Of a DNA stretch of 64,000 nucleotides, positions 60,741 to 64,000 are shown in pieces. The stretch's first letter is position 1. Each line of letters opens with the position of its first letter. Both the position numbers and the translations under genes were made by a program. Source of the stretch: Salpingoeca rosetta (lineage: Eukaryota; Protista; Choanoflagellata); the NCBI GenBank assembly GCA_033442325.1, contig JAWQFM010000005.1, positions 1,799,665-1,863,664 on the forward strand, given 5' to 3'. The notes under the pieces were generated by a model. That model did not search any database, was not told the DNA's origin, and saw nothing but the letters and a program-made list of their open reading frames with translations.

Positions 60741-62518
60741 CAGCGAGAGAGAGAGAGCGAGCACTTTCATGTGTGTGTTTTCTGTTGTCCAGTCTTTGCG
60801 GTCGAACGCGTGTGGAAGCCTGGTTGCATTTCTCCCTCACACCCACCTCTTCTCCGACACGACGATGTGCATGGCAGCTGTTCATCTGCATTGGCGTGCT
60901 GCTGGGCTTTGTTGTCGACGACATCTTCAAGTGCCCCGGAAACGGCGACTATTGCCAACGCGCACGCACATCCGCCTGGCGCTGGATGCTTGCCAGGTAG
61001 GCGTGTGTTTGTGTGTCTCTGTGTGTCTCTGTGTGTCTGTGTGTGTCTGTGTCTTTGTGTGTGTCTGTCTGTCTGTGCGTGACTGTGTGTGTCTGTGTGT
61101 CTGTGTCTTTGTGTGTGTCTGTGTGTCTGTGCCTTTGTGTGTGCCTGCCTGTCTGTCTGTCTGGCTGGGTTGCTGGCCGGCATGTTTTTTCCCTTGTCCG
61201 AACGTTTTGCACCGGCACGTTACGCACACCGTCCAACGCCACATCTGAGATTACATCTTCCTCCCTCTCTCCCTCTCTCCCTCTCTCCCTCTCTCCCTCA
61301 CTCCCTCCCCCCCCCACTCCCTCTCCCCCTCTCCCCCTCTCCCCCTCACTTCCTCTCTTCTTCCCCCACTACACCACTTGCCCCACCTCCCTACCAGCGC
61401 CACCCCTGTCGCTGCCGTCCTGATTGTGGCGTTTGCCTTTGCGCTGCCGGAGTCACCGCGGTTTCTTGTGCGCCGAAAGCGACTGACGGCTGCACGCCGC
61501 GTCCTAGCTTGTGTCAGGTCCTCCCCAGCGCACATCCAGCAGGTCAACAGCAGCCGCTGCGGCTGTTGCTCTGTGTGTGTGTGTGTGTGTGTGTGTCTGT
61601 GTTTGTCTGTGCGTGTGCTCATGTATCTCTGTGTGTGTGCGTGTGTGCGTGTCTGTGTGTGTGCGTGTATGTGAGGCTGCTTGAAGACAACCTATTCACA
61701 CGCTCACATGTGTACACATACACGCATATGCGCGTCACTCCCATGCCGTGGACACATCACGTACAGGAGCTGGATGAGATAACAGCCGCGTGCAATCAGC
61801 CAACAGCGACATGGCGGTCCCTGCTTCGCCCAAACGTCCTGTATGGTGTGTACATTGCAACCATGCTCAGCGCAATCCAACAATTTACAGGTGAGAGCCT
61901 TCGCCTCGTGGTTATTTGCAATTGCCCTGTTCTTGCGTGCATTGCACTCTCCTGTTTCTTGTGAACGCACTCCCCCTGTTTTGTCGCTGCCGCCACTTCA
62001 TACCTGTGCTCCTTCGTCAATTGCTGTGCGCTACAGGCGTGAACGCGGTCAACTTCTACGCGCAAACCATCATCATCTCTGCTGGGTTTGACCAGGACCA
62101 CGCCTTCTCCTTCTCCATCTACATTGGCGTCATCAAGGTTGTGTTTGTTGGCGTTGGGATGCTCCTCATCGACAGCGCGGGCCGCCGCATCCTCATGATT
62201 GTCGGCATTGCCGGCATGACCCTCTCAACCGCCCTCCTAGCTGCCGTCTTCCAGGTGCGCTGTGGTGTGTGTGTGTGTGGGGGGGGTTGTGCGTGTGTGG
62301 GGGGCGGGGGGTATTTGGTGCTTACGGTGTACGGCGATCGAGCACATACACATACACGCACGCACGCACACGCACACACACGCACACACACACACATTGC
62401 CCTTGGTTTGCAACCTCCTGCAGATGAAGGAGGAGCACGGCAGCGTCAGCAATGGTCTTGGTTGGCTCGCCCTCATTGCATTGTTTTTCTACATGGGCTT
62501 CTTCGAAATTAGCCTCGG
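60531..62518 (+). CDS. MFS sugar-porter family transporter, partial (TM1-3 and the C-terminal TMs not visible)
   Basis: [37 protein letters not shown]|[15 protein letters not shown]|..LPESPRFL..|..LSAIQQFT|[23 protein letters not shown]..|..[12 protein letters not shown] are sugar-porter signature motifs. Confidence 0.85.
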
Positions 62519-62602
62519 GTATCTACCCCCAACTTTGCTGTTGTCATGTGCAAGCACTGCGCACTGCGCCTCTGTGTTGCTGGTCTGTCCAATTCTGTGC
62601 TG

Positions 62603-62696
<94 letters not shown>

Positions 62697-63363
62697 NNNN
62701 NNNNNNNNNNNNNNNNNNNNNNNNNNNNNNNNNNNNNNNNNNNNNNNNNNNNNNNNNNNNNNNNNNNNNNNNNNNNNNNNNNNNNNNNNNNNNNNNNNNN
62801 NNNNNNNNNNNNNNNNNNNNNNNNNNNNNNNNNNNNNNNNNNNNNNNNNNNNNNNNNNNNNNNNNNNNNNNNNNNNNNNNNNNNNNNNNNNNNNNNNNNN
62901 NNNNNNNNNNNNNNNNNNNNNNNNNNNNNNNNNNNNNNNNNNNNNNNNNNNNNNNNNNNNNNNNNNNNNNNNNNNNNNNNNNNNNNNNNNNNNNNNNNNN
63001 NNNNNNNNNNNNNNNNNNNNNNNNNNNNNNNNNNNNNNNNNNNNNNNNNNNNNNNNNNNNNNNNNNNNNNNNNNNNNNNNNNNNNNNNNNNNNNNNNNNN
63101 NNNNNNNNNNNNNNNNNNNNNNNNNNNNNNNNNNNNNNNNNNNNNNNNNNNNNNNNNNNNNNNNNNNNNNNNNNNNNNNNNNNNNNNNNNNNNNNNNNNN
63201 NNNNNNNNNNNNNNNNNNNNNNNNNNNNNNNNNNNNNNNNNNNNNNNNNNNNNNNNNNNNNNNNNNNNNNNNNNNNNNNNNNNNNNNNNNNNNNNNNNNN
63301 NNNNNNNNNNNNNNNNNNNNNNNNNNNNNNNNNNNNNNNNNNNNNNNNNNNNNNNNNNNNNNN
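62697..63363. other. Assembly gap (~667 N)
   Basis: Run of N following a (GT)n tract. Confidence 0.99.
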
Positions 63364-64000
63364 GTGTGGCCTGTCCACCGCGACATGACGTATTGCCCTC
63401 AGTCTGCTCTCCACCCAGCAGCTGGCTTTTGGTTTTTGGGGCTGTGTAGTGCTGTGCTCTGAGGGAGGGGACGTGTGCCTCACTGTGCATAGTATCCTAG
63501 GATTGCGGTTGATGTCAAGTGTGTACATACCTCATTCACACACGCGCGCTTTCCGAGCCCTCGCTTCGTTTGAAGTTTCCACTTTTCATTTCTTTGATTG
63601 CATCGAGTGAATGGGAACGCTCTAAGCTATGCTTGCTCAACCACTAGCAAAGGAAGCGAAATACAAATGACATGACGTACCTTCTATCACACGAAACGAA
63701 TAACGTACAGCAGCAACATAATGTAACACGTAATGTAATGTCATGAAATGTCATGACATGCAATGGAACTGGAACAACACGATGTCAGAACCGCCACGAT
63801 GCAATGCCTTCATGCACTCTTGCACTGCCTCAATTGTTCGCGAGTTGCTAGTTGGCGGGCCATTAGAAGACTAGACATCAATATCAGCGACTCCAGCTCC
63901 CTGTTGCTGGAAGCGCGGGCTCTTTCCGTGCACCGCCTGTAGCTGAAAGTCAATGCCACAGATGCCTTCATGTCAATTTGCAGTTGTGGACCCTGATCAC

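Overview
Eukaryotic, intron-rich, microsatellite-dense genomic DNA. It is most likely a choanoflagellate of the Salpingoeca rosetta type, inferred from GC-rich exons, (GT)n/(CA)n-filled introns and metazoan-like gene content. Splicing by hand at GT-AG sites gives about 15 protein-coding genes. In order: RMDN1-like TPR gene (runs off the left edge), an intronless TIR-domain gene with two unrecognised 75-aa repeats, RPB3, peptidyl-tRNA hydrolase, a membrane RING E3, a coiled-coil/BTB/Kelch gene, a kinase-only NAK/GAK-like kinase, a Nudix hydrolase, a Topors-like RING E3, a Golgi-type sulfotransferase, a ~21-kb degenerate dynein-heavy-chain-like gene (DNHD1-like), IscA/ISCA2, COX6A, a TRPM2-like channel with a C-terminal NUDT9-H domain, and a truncated MFS sugar transporter. 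There are two assembly gaps. The most notable observations are: (i) a TRPM2 paralogue whose Nudix box appears catalytically degenerate; (ii) a TIR NADase-like protein fused to an unrecognised duplicated domain; (iii) a dynein-like protein that has lost the AAA1 Walker motifs but keeps its microtubule-binding stalk; (iv) a Kelch13-like architecture; (v) recurrent complementary (GT)n/(AC)n intron ends that may replace the polypyrimidine tract. Most short ORFs in the supplied track are microsatellite artefacts. Exon boundaries are hand-derived and approximate.
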